64,000 bases of DNA from an uncultured Nitrospiraceae bacterium (lineage in GTDB: Bacteria; Nitrospirota; Thermodesulfovibrionia; Thermodesulfovibrionales; Dissulfurispiraceae), in contig CAVSHF010000003.1 in assembly GCA_963727805.1 (NCBI GenBank), positions 1,440,001 through 1,504,000 on the forward strand, given 5' to 3'. The translations under genes and the position numbers were made by a program. Within the stretch, counting starts at the first letter, position 1. Each line of letters opens with the position of its first letter. Positions 11,157 through 21,060 of the stretch are shown here, piece by piece. The notes beneath the pieces were generated by a model. That model was not told the origin of the DNA and made no database searches. It saw nothing but the letters and a program-made list of their open reading frames with translations.

Positions 11157-12929
11157 TTATATACTATCTATCGACTCACGTAACGCCTTCAGGTTCAATT
11201 GCAAATACTTACCGCCATCCCATTCATTAAGCACGGGAAGAAATGCAGCGTCGACAAGATCGCCGTTGCGAGCTTTATCGAGCATGCCTCCAAGATCAAA
11301 GCCGATGGTGTCCATTCCCTTTCCATTCTGTCTGAGATACATCTTGAGATGATTATTCCCCACAATCCTCGGCCGCGTCACTTCAAGCATGCGAGCCCCG
11401 AAAACAGGCTCTTCATTTCCGAACCCAAAGGGCTCGAGTTGCGCGATTTGCTGTACAAAGTGCATCGTCACCTCCGCGAGCCTAAGCGGTGCATCGATCC
11501 TGAGCACAGGCACAAGGTCGTTCTCCGGAACCGTGTCATGCACAATGCCGGAGATCATTTTTCTGAATAAATCGATATCAGGCACAGAGAGGGTGAGACC
11601 TGCGGCCTGTTTGTGCCCTCCGAAGCTTTTGAGCAGTTCCTTGCAGCGGCAAAGACCGTCATGAACATCAAAGGGTGGGATGCTCCTTGCAGATCCTTTA
11701 GCGAGCCCATTGTCAATCGACAAGACAAAAGCAGGCCGATAGAAGGCCTCAGTTATCCTGGCGGCTACGATACCAAGAACACCTCGATGCCACCCTTTTC
11801 CAGCGACGACGATGGCTCCGGCCCCATTTTCAAGAGCTCCAGAAGACCGCAATGCTTCCATTGCTTCGCTATGCACGGCTTCTCCGATCTGCTGCCTTTG
11901 CAAATTCAGCCCATTAAGCCATTCGGCGAGATGAGAGGCCTCCCTATGCGAGTCGGTGAGCATGAGCTTTACCACATCAGATGCATCAGCGACACGACCT
12001 GCGGCATTGATTCTTGGGATAAGCATATAGTGAATCGCTGCAGCCCTCAGAGCGCCGGATTTGATACCTGCAACCTCCTTTAATGCTCTGATGCCAACCC
12101 GCTCTCCAGCCTGAATGAGCTTTAGTCCCTCTTTCAATATGATACGGTTGTCGCCAACAACAGGGACGACATCGGCCGCCGTTCCCAATGCTGCAAGATC
12201 AAGCAGATCTCTGACATTGTCGACGTTGTTCCCGAGCAAAGCCTGGGCGAGCTTAAACGCCACACCTGCACCGGAAAGTTCAGCTAATGGCGCTTCCTCC
12301 AGCACAGGCTTTGGAGGTATAAGTTTCGGATTGATGATGGCAACTGCATCGGGAAGCAAATATAACTGCGTTTTGGGGGAAGACGAAGTTTCTGTGAAGG
12401 GTTCATGATGATCTGTGATGATAATGTCGATGCCTAGGGAATTTGCAGTTGAGACCGCTTCAAAGGAGTTTATGCCGCAGTCGACAGTTACGATCAGTGA
12501 GGCCCCAGTCTCCCTCGCCCTCCTGATGCCTTCTGCACCAAGTCCGTAGCCAGTTGCCCTGTCGGGAATGTAATACCGCGCCTCTATGCCAAACTTCTTC
12601 AAGGCTTCCATCATGATCACCGTTGCTGTTATACCATCAGCATCGTAATCGCCATGGATGAGCACCTTTTCTCGCTGTCGCGCAGCTGTGGCGATTCTCT
12701 TGACTGCGTTCCCCATACCGGGGAGTTCAAAGGGATCGGCCAACCTTGTTAAATCTGGATTGAGAAAAGAGTCGAGCTGCCTGGACGTCTTGATTCCTCT
12801 ATTAATGAGCACCTGGGCAAGAGGAGAGGAAAAACCCGTTATCCTCGAAATATAGTCGATATATTCAAGGTTTGTCTTGCTGAGCAGCCATTTGCAGCCC
12901 GCAGTCCCAAAAGACATCGCACGCTCCAC
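11157..12929 (-). CDS. recJ: Single-stranded-DNA exonuclease RecJ
   Basis: HGDYDADG, TVDCG, TDHH, PRINAAGR, GGHKQAAG; start uncertain. Confidence 0.96.
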   Translation of the reverse strand: MERAMSFGTAGCKWLLSKTNLEYIDYISRITGFSSPLAQVLINRGIKTSRQLDSFLNPDLTRLADPFELPGMGNAVKRIATAARQREKVLIHGDYDADGITATVIMMEALKKFGIEARYYIPDRATGYGLGAEGIRRARETGASLIVTVDCGINSFEAVSTANSLGIDIIITDHHEPFTETSSSPKTQLYLLPDAVAIINPKLIPPKPVLEEAPLAELSGAGVAFKLAQALLGNNVDNVRDLLDLAALGTAADVVPVVGDNRIILKEGLKLIQAGERVGIRALKEVAGIKSGALRAAAIHYMLIPRINAAGRVADASDVVKLMLTDSHREASHLAEWLNGLNLQRQQIGEAVHSEAMEALRSSGALENGAGAIVVAGKGWHRGVLGIVAARITEAFYRPAFVLSIDNGLAKGSARSIPPFDVHDGLCRCKELLKSFGGHKQAAGLTLSVPDIDLFRKMISGIVHDTVPENDLVPVLRIDAPLRLAEVTMHFVQQIAQLEPFGFGNEEPVFGARMLEVTRPRIVGNNHLKMYLRQNGKGMDTIGFDLGGMLDKARNGDLVDAAFLPVLNEWDGGKYLQLNLKALRESIDSI

Positions 12930-12966
12930 TTAATGAAAACCGATTATCTAAAGCTAACTGATAAGG

Positions 12967-13887
12967 TCAACTCTTTTTAGAGGAGAGGGGGTGCTTGCGC
13001 TTACCTAGGAGTATGACGACGGGACTCGCCACAAAAACCGATGAATAAGTACCCACGGCCACGCCGAGCAGCATTGCGAGCGCAAAATCATGGATGACTT
13101 CTCCCCCGAAGAGAAACAGGGCAAGGGCGCTAAAAAAAACGGTCAGAGAGGTTATGATAGTCCTCGAAAGCACCTCATTAATGCTCCTGTTAACTACATC
13201 GTTGATCGGCTCTTTGAGAAATTTCTTGATATTCTCGCGCACCCTGTCGAAAACAACAACGGTATCTGTAAGAGAATAGCCGGCGATGGTCAGGAGTGCT
13301 GTGACGACTATCAGATTAATTTCCCTGTTGAGGAGATAAAATATTCCGAGTACTGCAAGAACGTCATGGGCGGTCGCGATAGTAGCCCCAATACCGAAGC
13401 GGATCTGGAACCGCACGGCAATATACAGAAGAATGCACCCGGCGGCTATCAGGGATGCCCAAAGGGCGTCCTGCCTCAGACGGGAGCCGACCTTGGGACC
13501 GATCTCGGTTGTTGAATCGATGATCGGTTTTTTATCCGCAAACTTCTGAGTAAGTATTTGTGTAATAATCGCGCTGACACCTCCAAGCTTCTCTTCCTGT
13601 TTCTTGACCCTGATGAGGATCTTGTTTTCGGTCGGAAGGTCCTGAAGATCGAAGTCCTTGACTCCGCCTTCCTCAAGCGCCAGTCTCACATCGTGGAGCT
13701 GCACGGATTGGCTGAATTTGATCTGGACTGAGGTCCCACCGGCGAAATCAACGCCTAGATTCGCATTGCCGAGCCCTATCTGAACAAGGGCGAAAATTCC
13801 AAGACAGGAAAGAACCCCCGAAAGAATAAAAGCGTAAACCTTCTTCCCCATGAAATCTATTTGTGTATTTTTTACCAGTTCGATCAT
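12967..13887 (-). CDS. secF: Protein translocase subunit SecF
   Basis: [28 protein letters not shown]. Confidence 0.97.
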   Translation of the reverse strand: MIELVKNTQIDFMGKKVYAFILSGVLSCLGIFALVQIGLGNANLGVDFAGGTSVQIKFSQSVQLHDVRLALEEGGVKDFDLQDLPTENKILIRVKKQEEKLGGVSAIITQILTQKFADKKPIIDSTTEIGPKVGSRLRQDALWASLIAAGCILLYIAVRFQIRFGIGATIATAHDVLAVLGIFYLLNREINLIVVTALLTIAGYSLTDTVVVFDRVRENIKKFLKEPINDVVNRSINEVLSRTIITSLTVFFSALALFLFGGEVIHDFALAMLLGVAVGTYSSVFVASPVVILLGKRKHPLSSKKS

Positions 13888-15509
13888 ATGCTCAACCTCT
13901 TAACCTCGCCTCTCGATTGGATAATGTCAAAGACCGTCTTGGTGCCTATCAGTGCGGTGAAGAGATTTATCGACACGCCGAGGCTCAGGGACACGGCAAA
14001 TCCCTTGATAGGCCCGGTACCGAACTGGAAGAGAACCATGGCAGTGATAAGCGTCGTCACATGCGAGTCGAATATCGTCCAAAAAGCCTTTTTATATCCG
14101 CCTTCGACAGCGGCACGGGGCGTCTTGCCCGTTCTGATTTCCTCTCTCATCCGCTCGAACATCAGGACGTTCGAATCGACTGCCATACCGATGGCAAGGA
14201 TGATTCCGGCGATGCCGGGCAAAGTAAGAGTGGCATTAAGAGATGCCATTGCGCCTAGCAACAGAATGATGTTCAGCATGAGCGCAAAGTCTGCAATGAG
14301 GCCAGACAGCCGGTAATAAAAGATCATAAAAACAACTACCATGATAGTCGCAATGATACCGGCCATTTTGCCAGCATCGATCGAGTCCCGTCCGAGGGAG
14401 GGGCCGACAGTCAGGTTCTGCAGAGTTTTTAAAGGCGCGGGGAGTGCCCCCGCTCTTAATACAATGGCGAGGTCTTTCGCCTCATCCAGTGCGAAGCTGC
14501 CGCTTATCATGGCATCGCCACCACTGATTTTGTCTTTGATATTAGGCGCAGAATAAACATTTCCATCCAAGATAATAGCGAGCCGTTTGCCGACGTTCCG
14601 TCCCGTGATATCCTCGAAGATCTTTGAGCCGGCTGCATTGAATCTCATAGAGACATAGGGCTCATTGAAGCGCTGATCAAGATTGACCTTCGCCTCGGTG
14701 AGAGTATCGCCGGAAAGGAGCACCTCTTTTTTGAGAAGGAAAGGGGTTTTTTCGACAACGAGATGAGTCTCTTTGTCTACAACATTGTGGAAGAGAACCT
14801 CATCATTCTCTGGGATTCTACCTCTGAACTTCTCGAGGACCTGTGCCTCTTCACCTGGCAGTATTTTTGATGGCAATTCCGCTGCGACAGGCGATTCAGT
14901 ATCGACAAGCTTGAATTCAAGCTGCGCCATCTTTCCAATAATGTCAACAGCCCTTTTGGGATCTTTCACCCCCGGGAGCTGAACGACAATCTCGTTTGTT
15001 CCCTGCCGGAGGATAGTAGGCTCTGCTACGCCGAATTGGTCGATGCGATTCCTGATGATTTCGAGGACCTGATCGGTCGCAGTATCCTTGATCTTCTGTA
15101 CTTCGGCAGCAGAGAATTTGTATTTAAGGACGCCGGTACTATCAGCAAGCGAGAGCGAAGGATACATGTCCTCAACGATCTTTCTTACCGTGGCATCAGT
15201 GGGAGAGACCACGACAAAGGGACCCTCCCTTTTAACGGTTCCCTGTAAGTTTTTCCTCTGAAGAGCTCCAGTAATCGATGTTGCCGCACGATCGGTAGCG
15301 ATCTCTACAGCTTTATCCCCTTCTACTTCGAAAACGAGATGGATGCCGCCTTGTAAATCCAGTCCGAGGACGAGCCCCTTCCCAGGCATATTTGTTGTCC
15401 ACCACGCCGGCATATATTGAAACAGCGGGGTATTGGGCAAAAAGAATATGACGGCGGCAATAACCGTAACACCGATAAGTATCGTTCTCCACAATATGCC
15501 CTTCTTCAT
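13884..15509 (-). CDS. secD: Protein translocase subunit SecD
   Basis: [33 protein letters not shown]. Confidence 0.97.
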   Translation of the reverse strand: MKKGILWRTILIGVTVIAAVIFFLPNTPLFQYMPAWWTTNMPGKGLVLGLDLQGGIHLVFEVEGDKAVEIATDRAATSITGALQRKNLQGTVKREGPFVVVSPTDATVRKIVEDMYPSLSLADSTGVLKYKFSAAEVQKIKDTATDQVLEIIRNRIDQFGVAEPTILRQGTNEIVVQLPGVKDPKRAVDIIGKMAQLEFKLVDTESPVAAELPSKILPGEEAQVLEKFRGRIPENDEVLFHNVVDKETHLVVEKTPFLLKKEVLLSGDTLTEAKVNLDQRFNEPYVSMRFNAAGSKIFEDITGRNVGKRLAIILDGNVYSAPNIKDKISGGDAMISGSFALDEAKDLAIVLRAGALPAPLKTLQNLTVGPSLGRDSIDAGKMAGIIATIMVVVFMIFYYRLSGLIADFALMLNIILLLGAMASLNATLTLPGIAGIILAIGMAVDSNVLMFERMREEIRTGKTPRAAVEGGYKKAFWTIFDSHVTTLITAMVLFQFGTGPIKGFAVSLSLGVSINLFTALIGTKTVFDIIQSRGEVKRLSI

Positions 15510-15564
15510 CTATTCACAGTCCTCCGGCTCGATATAATGGGTCCTTGTTTTTATACAACTCCTG

Positions 15565-15912
15565 TTAGTCCTGGTCTGAGCCGCTTCTCACAGTCGCAAT
15601 GGCAGACTTAGTGAATTTGATCTTCGTGTTTTCGGCCACCTTCAGCACGACAGTGTTCGTATCCACATTTTCAACTACACCGTACATACCGCCGGCGGTC
15701 ACCACCTTGTCGCCCTTCTTGATATTGTCGAGCATGTTCTTAAGCTCTTTGGCCTTTTTCTGCTGGGGCCTGATTAAAAGGAAATAGAAAATAACGAATA
15801 TCAGAATGAGTGGAGCCAGATTCATAATCATTGACTGAATTCCGCCTCCCTGTCCTGCACCTTGTGGAGCGGCACCCATCGCATATGCATCGGTGATCAG
15901 ATCGAATAGCAT
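15565..15912 (-). CDS. yajC: Preprotein translocase subunit YajC
   Basis: FYFLLIRPQQKK, KKGDKVVTAGG; upstream of secD. Confidence 0.96.
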   Translation of the reverse strand: MLFDLITDAYAMGAAPQGAGQGGGIQSMIMNLAPLILIFVIFYFLLIRPQQKKAKELKNMLDNIKKGDKVVTAGGMYGVVENVDTNTVVLKVAENTKIKFTKSAIATVRSGSDQD

Positions 15913-16024
15913 TGAAGCCTCCTTTATTGCACACCCAAAGATTAGTCGGCAAATTTTTGAACTCTATAGTAACAATCTTGCTGCAAAAATCGCAAGGGCG
16001 CAATGCCTCGCACACCCCGGAGAT

Positions 16025-16843
16025 TTAGAACAGATATTCCCTAAATAGATGGAGGCCTCTCTTGTGCTCGTCGGACAACTCATAGTCAAGCATGTTCCAG
16101 TAATCAATGATTGTCTCTTCCCTCATAAAAGCCTTCATGGGCGAATGACTCACGATCTCACGCAGGTTTTTCAGTGATTCTTCTTTTGCCTTCAACAGAT
16201 CGTCGGTAAATTTCATAAAGAGATCGTGCCTCACATCGTCGGGATTATACAGCTCTTTCCGTACAATCCAAAGAGCAAAGACAAAGGGGAGTCCTGTCTT
16301 TTCATGCCATATTTCGCCAAGATCATAAACAAACGCAGAAGCGCCGATGTCCTTAAGTGTCGCATGTTGAATTTTGATCCTTGAATTGTACTTCAGGGCT
16401 TCATCCCCTATGAGTAGAAACGCTTCCGCATCTATCGATTCGGGATTTGTTGAAACCGTCAAGTGGCAAGAAACGCCATAAAATCTTTTAAGAATGATAT
16501 GGAGAAGGGCAATGGAGGTCTCTGACTGAGATGTGACGTATATGGTGCATCCAGCAAGAGTCCCGATTGGTCTCTTGCTGAAAAGAAAAATGCTTCCCAC
16601 AGGGCCCTTCGAACTGACCGAGATGCCGTCTACATACCCGTAGAGTAAAGGGTTGTGCAGATATTCGATCGATGATGAAGGACTGAGGTCAATTGAGCCC
16701 GCCCTGAGCATCCCGTTCAGGCTTGAGGGAACGCCTTCGACAAAATCATAGCATGAACAGTCGAACTCTTTTTCGAGAGTATAGAAAATCGGGAAAAGAT
16801 TGGCAAAAGGTATTCTTCCGACCTTCAGTCTCCGGTCCGCCAT
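16025..16843 (-). CDS. mqnA: Chorismate dehydratase, futalosine menaquinone pathway
   Basis: GRIPFAN..P, PSSLN, SETS, LLIGDEAL, DLGEIW..TGLPFVFALW. Confidence 0.88.
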   Translation of the reverse strand: MADRRLKVGRIPFANLFPIFYTLEKEFDCSCYDFVEGVPSSLNGMLRAGSIDLSPSSSIEYLHNPLLYGYVDGISVSSKGPVGSIFLFSKRPIGTLAGCTIYVTSQSETSIALLHIILKRFYGVSCHLTVSTNPESIDAEAFLLIGDEALKYNSRIKIQHATLKDIGASAFVYDLGEIWHEKTGLPFVFALWIVRKELYNPDDVRHDLFMKFTDDLLKAKEESLKNLREIVSHSPMKAFMREETIIDYWNMLDYELSDEHKRGLHLFREYLF

Positions 16844-18288
16844 TATCCCTTTATCACTCCCATCGGCCTCAGCCGAGCAATCTTTCGGGCAATCCCAGCA
16901 TTGTGGACCACGTCCACTACGTTTGATATATTCTTATAGGCTTCAGGCATTTCTTCGGCAAGGATCTCTCTTCCAGCAGACCTGACAATTATGCCCTTAT
17001 CTTCCAGTTCCTTCCTTATCGTCCGCCCCTTTGCCTGCCTTATGGCCTGGTGTCGCGACATGATCCTACCCGCTCCATGACAGGCTGAACCGTAGGTCTC
17101 ATACATGGCCTTCTCCGTTCCAATGAGCACAAAAGACGCCCTCCCCATGTCACCGGGGATGAGAACCGGCTGACCGAGTTGCCGATAAATACCAGGGAGT
17201 TCGGGATGGCCCGGCGGGAAGGCCCTGGTGGCCCCTTTGCGATGGACGATCACTTTTTTCTTTTTACCGCCGATCACGTGCTCCTCGACTTTCGCGATAT
17301 TATGCGCCACGTCGTAAACCAGATTCATCCCAAGATTGGCCGGCGATGACTTAAAGAGACCCATAAATGTCTCGCGCGTCCAGTGCATGAGACACTGCCT
17401 GTTGGCCCAAGCATAATTCGCCGCAGCCCGCATAGCACCCAGATAAGCTTGCGCCTCGCGGCTTCTGAATGGCGCGCACGCCAGCTCCCTGTCAGGTAGT
17501 TCGATTTTATATTTCTTAACCGCCTCCTCCATGACTTCGAGGAAATCAGTGCATACCTGATGACCGAAACCGCGCGATCCCGTGTGGATCATCACTGTCA
17601 CATCGTTTTTGAAAAGTCCAAGCGCATTTGCGGTATTTTCATCATATATCTCGTCGATATACTGCACTTCGAGAAAATGGTTGCCCGAACCTAGCGTACC
17701 CTGTTGCGCTCGTCCCCGTTCATAGGCCTTAGCGCTTATTTGATCGGGATCGGCGCCGTCGATGCATCCCCCCGATTCGATCCTGTCGAGGTCAGTCATA
17801 GAACCATATCCTTCCTCGACAGCCCATCGTGCCCCTTTGAGGAGAAGCTTCCTCTCAGAATCGGGGCCGAGCCGTATCCGGCCTTTCGAACCGACTCCAG
17901 CCGGTATCTCGTTATAGAGGGCCTCGACGAGGTCTCTGATCCTCGGAGCTACCTGTTCCCGTGTGAGGTTGCTCCTGAGGAGTCTGACCCCTCAATTGAT
18001 ATCGTATCCAACACCCCCAGGCGATAATATCCCCTCGTCAAGATCAAAGGCCGCCACCCCTCCGATGGGAAAACCATAGCCGGTATGGATGTCCGGCATG
18101 GCGAGTGACGAGCCAAGAATCCCCGGGAGTGTGGCGACATTTGCTACCTGGTCGATGCATCCCGGTTCAAGCCCCTTTTCGAGAATGGCGTCCGCAAAGA
18201 TGATCCCGTTTGTTCTCATGCCTGATTTGTAGTCCTTTGGGACCTCGATCCTATTGTCGTCTATCCTTTTCAGCTTGTCCAGAGACAT
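16843..18288 (-). CDS. rtcB: RtcB RNA ligase, 481 aa, with in-frame UGA at codon 99 (putative selenocysteine)
   Basis: ORFs 17992..18288 and 16843..17799 share a frame. The linker reads [17 protein letters not shown]...IPAGVGSKG with no other stop. [33 protein letters not shown] and CHGAG are intact. Confidence 0.9.
17929..17991 (-). promoter_or_regulatory. Putative bacterial SECIS hairpin immediately 3' of the rtcB UGA
   Basis: Nested pairings GGGGUC/GACCUC, UCCUC/GAGGA, GGAGC/GCUCC, ACCU/AGGU around the loop CACACGGGAAC. Confidence 0.65.
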
Positions 18289-18315
18289 ACGGACCTCCTC
18301 ATTTACCTCGAATTC

Positions 18316-18729
18316 TCAGATATCAAAGATAACCTCTACTTCACACCGACCGCCGCTCTTATCGACCCTGATATTGTGATATGTCGCCGCCTTTAAAAGC
18401 AACCTCTGCTCATGTTTCCGCGGGTCGAACTCTTCACCATAAACCTTTGCCCTGATAAATGCTGCCGAGAATTCTGTGACCTCGATCCGCTTGCCTATGA
18501 AGTTGTACGTATCAAAATGGAAGATTAGTTCGTTGAGATACTTCACCAGAAGACTCTCGAGCGAATCTGATGAAATGTCTATTTCGAGCGTTTTTCTTTC
18601 TCCTATCTGCTCTAGATCGGTGATCAGACTGTACATCCCGATGCCGACGTTGCCCCAGGCCTCTGCACAATCACTTCCATACGCCTTAATGCCTGCGTCA
18701 CCGAATATATCGATAACTTCATAATTCAT
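18316..18729 (-). CDS. Archease (RtcB activator)
   Basis: YEVID..GD, YLNELIF, GEEFDP, LKAATYH, C-terminal IFDI; directly upstream of rtcB. Confidence 0.92.
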   Translation of the reverse strand: MNYEVIDIFGDAGIKAYGSDCAEAWGNVGIGMYSLITDLEQIGERKTLEIDISSDSLESLLVKYLNELIFHFDTYNFIGKRIEVTEFSAAFIRAKVYGEEFDPRKHEQRLLLKAATYHNIRVDKSGGRCEVEVIFDI

Positions 18730-19753
18730 ACTTACATGATATCATAAGCCTCGGTTGACCACGGGCTATCGAAACCTGCTGATAAAGATTTCAACAAACA
18801 TACCTCTCATTTAAAAATACAGTTGTGAGAGTTGGTGCCAACACTGGAATTTCAACATTCGTCCTGCTGTCGCACAGGTTATGGGAGTTCGAACGCGGCG
18901 AGACCGCTGAGTAGTGCATTAAGGACAATGGCAATATTGACACTGATACAAAGAGCCTCTGCCCATCCCTAATCAAATGCAGCGCATTAAATCAACACCT
19001 TGCAGAATTGTCTAAGGTATTTGCTGTGGGTAAAATGCATTCCTTTGAAGTGAAAACCATCGCTGCTGTTCACTTGTTCGCCATCGAAGCATAGGTTATT
19101 AACCTAGCCGTTGTGCGCACACTGGCATATCGCCAGAGCAAAGGTTCGCGTTCCCTCTATGGTAACCAAGTCCATCTAGGATGCACTGATACGCACATAC
19201 TGCCATGATCGTCTGCTCCAGTCGTATCTGTGCACCAAGGAGTGAAACTGAACTACGGCAATGAAAAAGCAGTGCTAGGTGTCAATTAAGCTCAGGTGCG
19301 AACAACAAAAGCAGTCACAGTAGCCCTGGCACCCATGGTGGCCAATTATGCGTTCCTATTTATTACCGTAGCTTATTCAAGAAATGGAACATCGCTCTGC
19401 CCTTACTAAGGTGGCCGGCGGCGACCCCTCAGACGAGAGTTTCTACTGCCGAGTGCTCGGAGTTTGTGCTCTCAGTTGATAATCATATAGAGGACACCTC
19501 CCGAGCATACCATTTGGCGAACTGCTGAGCAAGGAGGCGATTGATTCACTCACGAGACAGATAAAGGCAAAATAGGTGGTAGTGGAAAAGAAGATAGATC
19601 TGAGGAACCCCTATGATCTTCTTCTAAGTAACCAGGAGTGGGGGAAGGTAATCGGCGTGCCTTTACCCAATTTCGCCGATTGCAACACGCAGATGAAAAG
19701 ACGGTTATATTCCACAAAGATTGCAATTTGATTTCTTAATGCGTTTAGATCGC

Positions 19754-19787
19754 AAAAAAAAGAGGCAAGGTCTAATGACCTTGCCTC
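19754..19787 (-). terminator. Intrinsic terminator after the FN3/repeat gene
   Basis: GAGGCAAGGTC-4nt-GACCTTGCCTC followed by a T8 run on the minus strand. Confidence 0.85.
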
Positions 19788-19809
19788 CGTTCGACTTAAA
19801 TTGATCAGC

Positions 19810-20967
19810 TTATTTTATAATTGGCTTGTCACCTGCCATTCCATAAGTCATCACAGAATCAATCCCCGGGTCCCAAGCACCATTTCCATTGGTATCGACG
19901 TACCAAGTACCGTTTCTGAAGACGCCAATCTTGGTCTTTCCATCACCATTCCAGTCAGCGACAACCGGAATATCGCCGGCAATCCCAAAAGGTATGCAAG
20001 CATCTTTAGTCGGATCCGCAGGCGCTCCGCAGCCAACCCACTGGCCCGTAGTAGAGTACGTCCCAGGGTAATCAAGATACCACATCCCATTTCTGAAGAC
20101 TCCGATCTTGGACGTGCCATTCCCATTCCAGTCACCCACAACAGGGATATCACCAGCCGTACCGAAAGCTATGCAGGCATCTTTAGTCGGATCATTAGGC
20201 GCTCCGCAGCCAACCCATGTGCCTGTGCCAGGGTAGTCAAGATACCACATTCCGTTTCTAAAGACTCCAATCTTGGACTTGCCATTTCCGTTCCAGTCAC
20301 CCACAACGGGTATATCGCCAGCAACACCCCAAGAGATGCAGGCGTCTTTAGTCGGATCATTAGCTGCTCCGCAGCCAACCCATGTGCCTGTGTCAGGGTT
20401 GTCAAGATACCATGTCCCGTTTCTGAAGACACCGATCTTTTTCGTGCCAGTACCGGTCCAATCACCAATAACCGGTACGTCTCCGGCTAGGCCGAAGGAT
20501 ATAGTAGTGTCAACGCCAGGAACCCACACGCCGGTTTGACTCATATCGATGTACCACATACCGTTTCTAAAAACACCTGCATATGATTGTCCCACGATTA
20601 CAGAACCCATTTGTGTTTTTGAGACCTCATTCGAAGTGACACTCTCCAGTCCTGCGGAATTATATGCGGTTGCAACAAAATAATAAGTGCCGGACGCCAA
20701 GTTGTTAAAAGTATAGGTTGTTACCTTGCCGAGAGTAATTGAATTAGTGTAATTACCAGAAGAACTGCCATAATAAACATTATATCCAGCAAGGTCTGTC
20801 AGCGGCGTCCCATCGGTGTTAGTGGTCGGAGCAGTCCAGTTAAGAGTTATTGCTGAAAAGGCATTTTCAACAGCTATCGGTAATATAAGCATTAATACGG
20901 TGAATAAAGTCAGCGTAGCAATCCAAACACGATGAGCGGGCCGGTAAAGCCTCTCGTTCTTTAACAT
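19810..20967 (-). CDS. Secreted protein: fibronectin type III domain plus FG-GAP/VCBS-like repeats
   Basis: Signal peptide, then LNWTAPTTNTDG..LAGYNVYYG..YYFVATAYN..ES (FN3), then five GVFRNG.WY repeats. Start moved to the ATG after GGGGGGTG because upstream sequence is the riboswitch. Confidence 0.85.
   Translation of the reverse strand: MLKNERLYRPAHRVWIATLTLFTVLMLILPIAVENAFSAITLNWTAPTTNTDGTPLTDLAGYNVYYGSSSGNYTNSITLGKVTTYTFNNLASGTYYFVATAYNSAGLESVTSNEVSKTQMGSVIVGQSYAGVFRNGMWYIDMSQTGVWVPGVDTTISFGLAGDVPVIGDWTGTGTKKIGVFRNGTWYLDNPDTGTWVGCGAANDPTKDACISWGVAGDIPVVGDWNGNGKSKIGVFRNGMWYLDYPGTGTWVGCGAPNDPTKDACIAFGTAGDIPVVGDWNGNGTSKIGVFRNGMWYLDYPGTYSTTGQWVGCGAPADPTKDACIPFGIAGDIPVVADWNGDGKTKIGVFRNGTWYVDTNGNGAWDPGIDSVMTYGMAGDKPIIK
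19815..20580 (-). repeat. Intragenic tandem repeats (five units, spacings 144/165/165/177 bp)
   Basis: Recurring ttct(g/a)aa anchors of the GVFRNG motif at 19914, 20091, 20256, 20421 and 20565. Confidence 0.9.
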
Positions 20968-20977
20968 AAGCACCCCC

Positions 20978-21060
20978 CAGCAGCCCGTCCGCCCTATCCC
21001 CGAAGGATTCAGGCCCGTAGCGTTGCTTCCCACTCGTTCGAGTGGTTTGCCCCTTACGGC
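20978..21060 (-). ncRNA. c-di-GMP-I (GEMM) class riboswitch, variant
   Basis: GGGCAAACCACUC-GAAC-GAGUGGGAAGCAACGCUACGGGCCUGAAUCC-UUCG-GGGAUAGGGCGGACGGGCUGC matches the GEMM P2/P3 layout. Confidence 0.8.

Noticed and set aside
16843..18288. rtcB as two genes, a frameshifted pseudogene or an intein-split gene
   Set aside because: Same frame, normal total length, no extra sequence, and the only lesion is TGA at the Cys codon. A nonsense mutation remains possible but is less likely given the hairpin.
19801..20490. 229-aa plus-strand repetitive ORF
   Set aside because: Antisense shadow of the FN3/repeat gene.
19815..20580. Repeats as a CRISPR array
   Set aside because: Units are 144-177 bp, in-frame coding, with no unique spacers or cas genes.
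20968..21033. N-terminal extension MGSNATG... of the FN3 protein
   Set aside because: Falls inside the riboswitch; the ATG at 20967 has an SD and a signal peptide.
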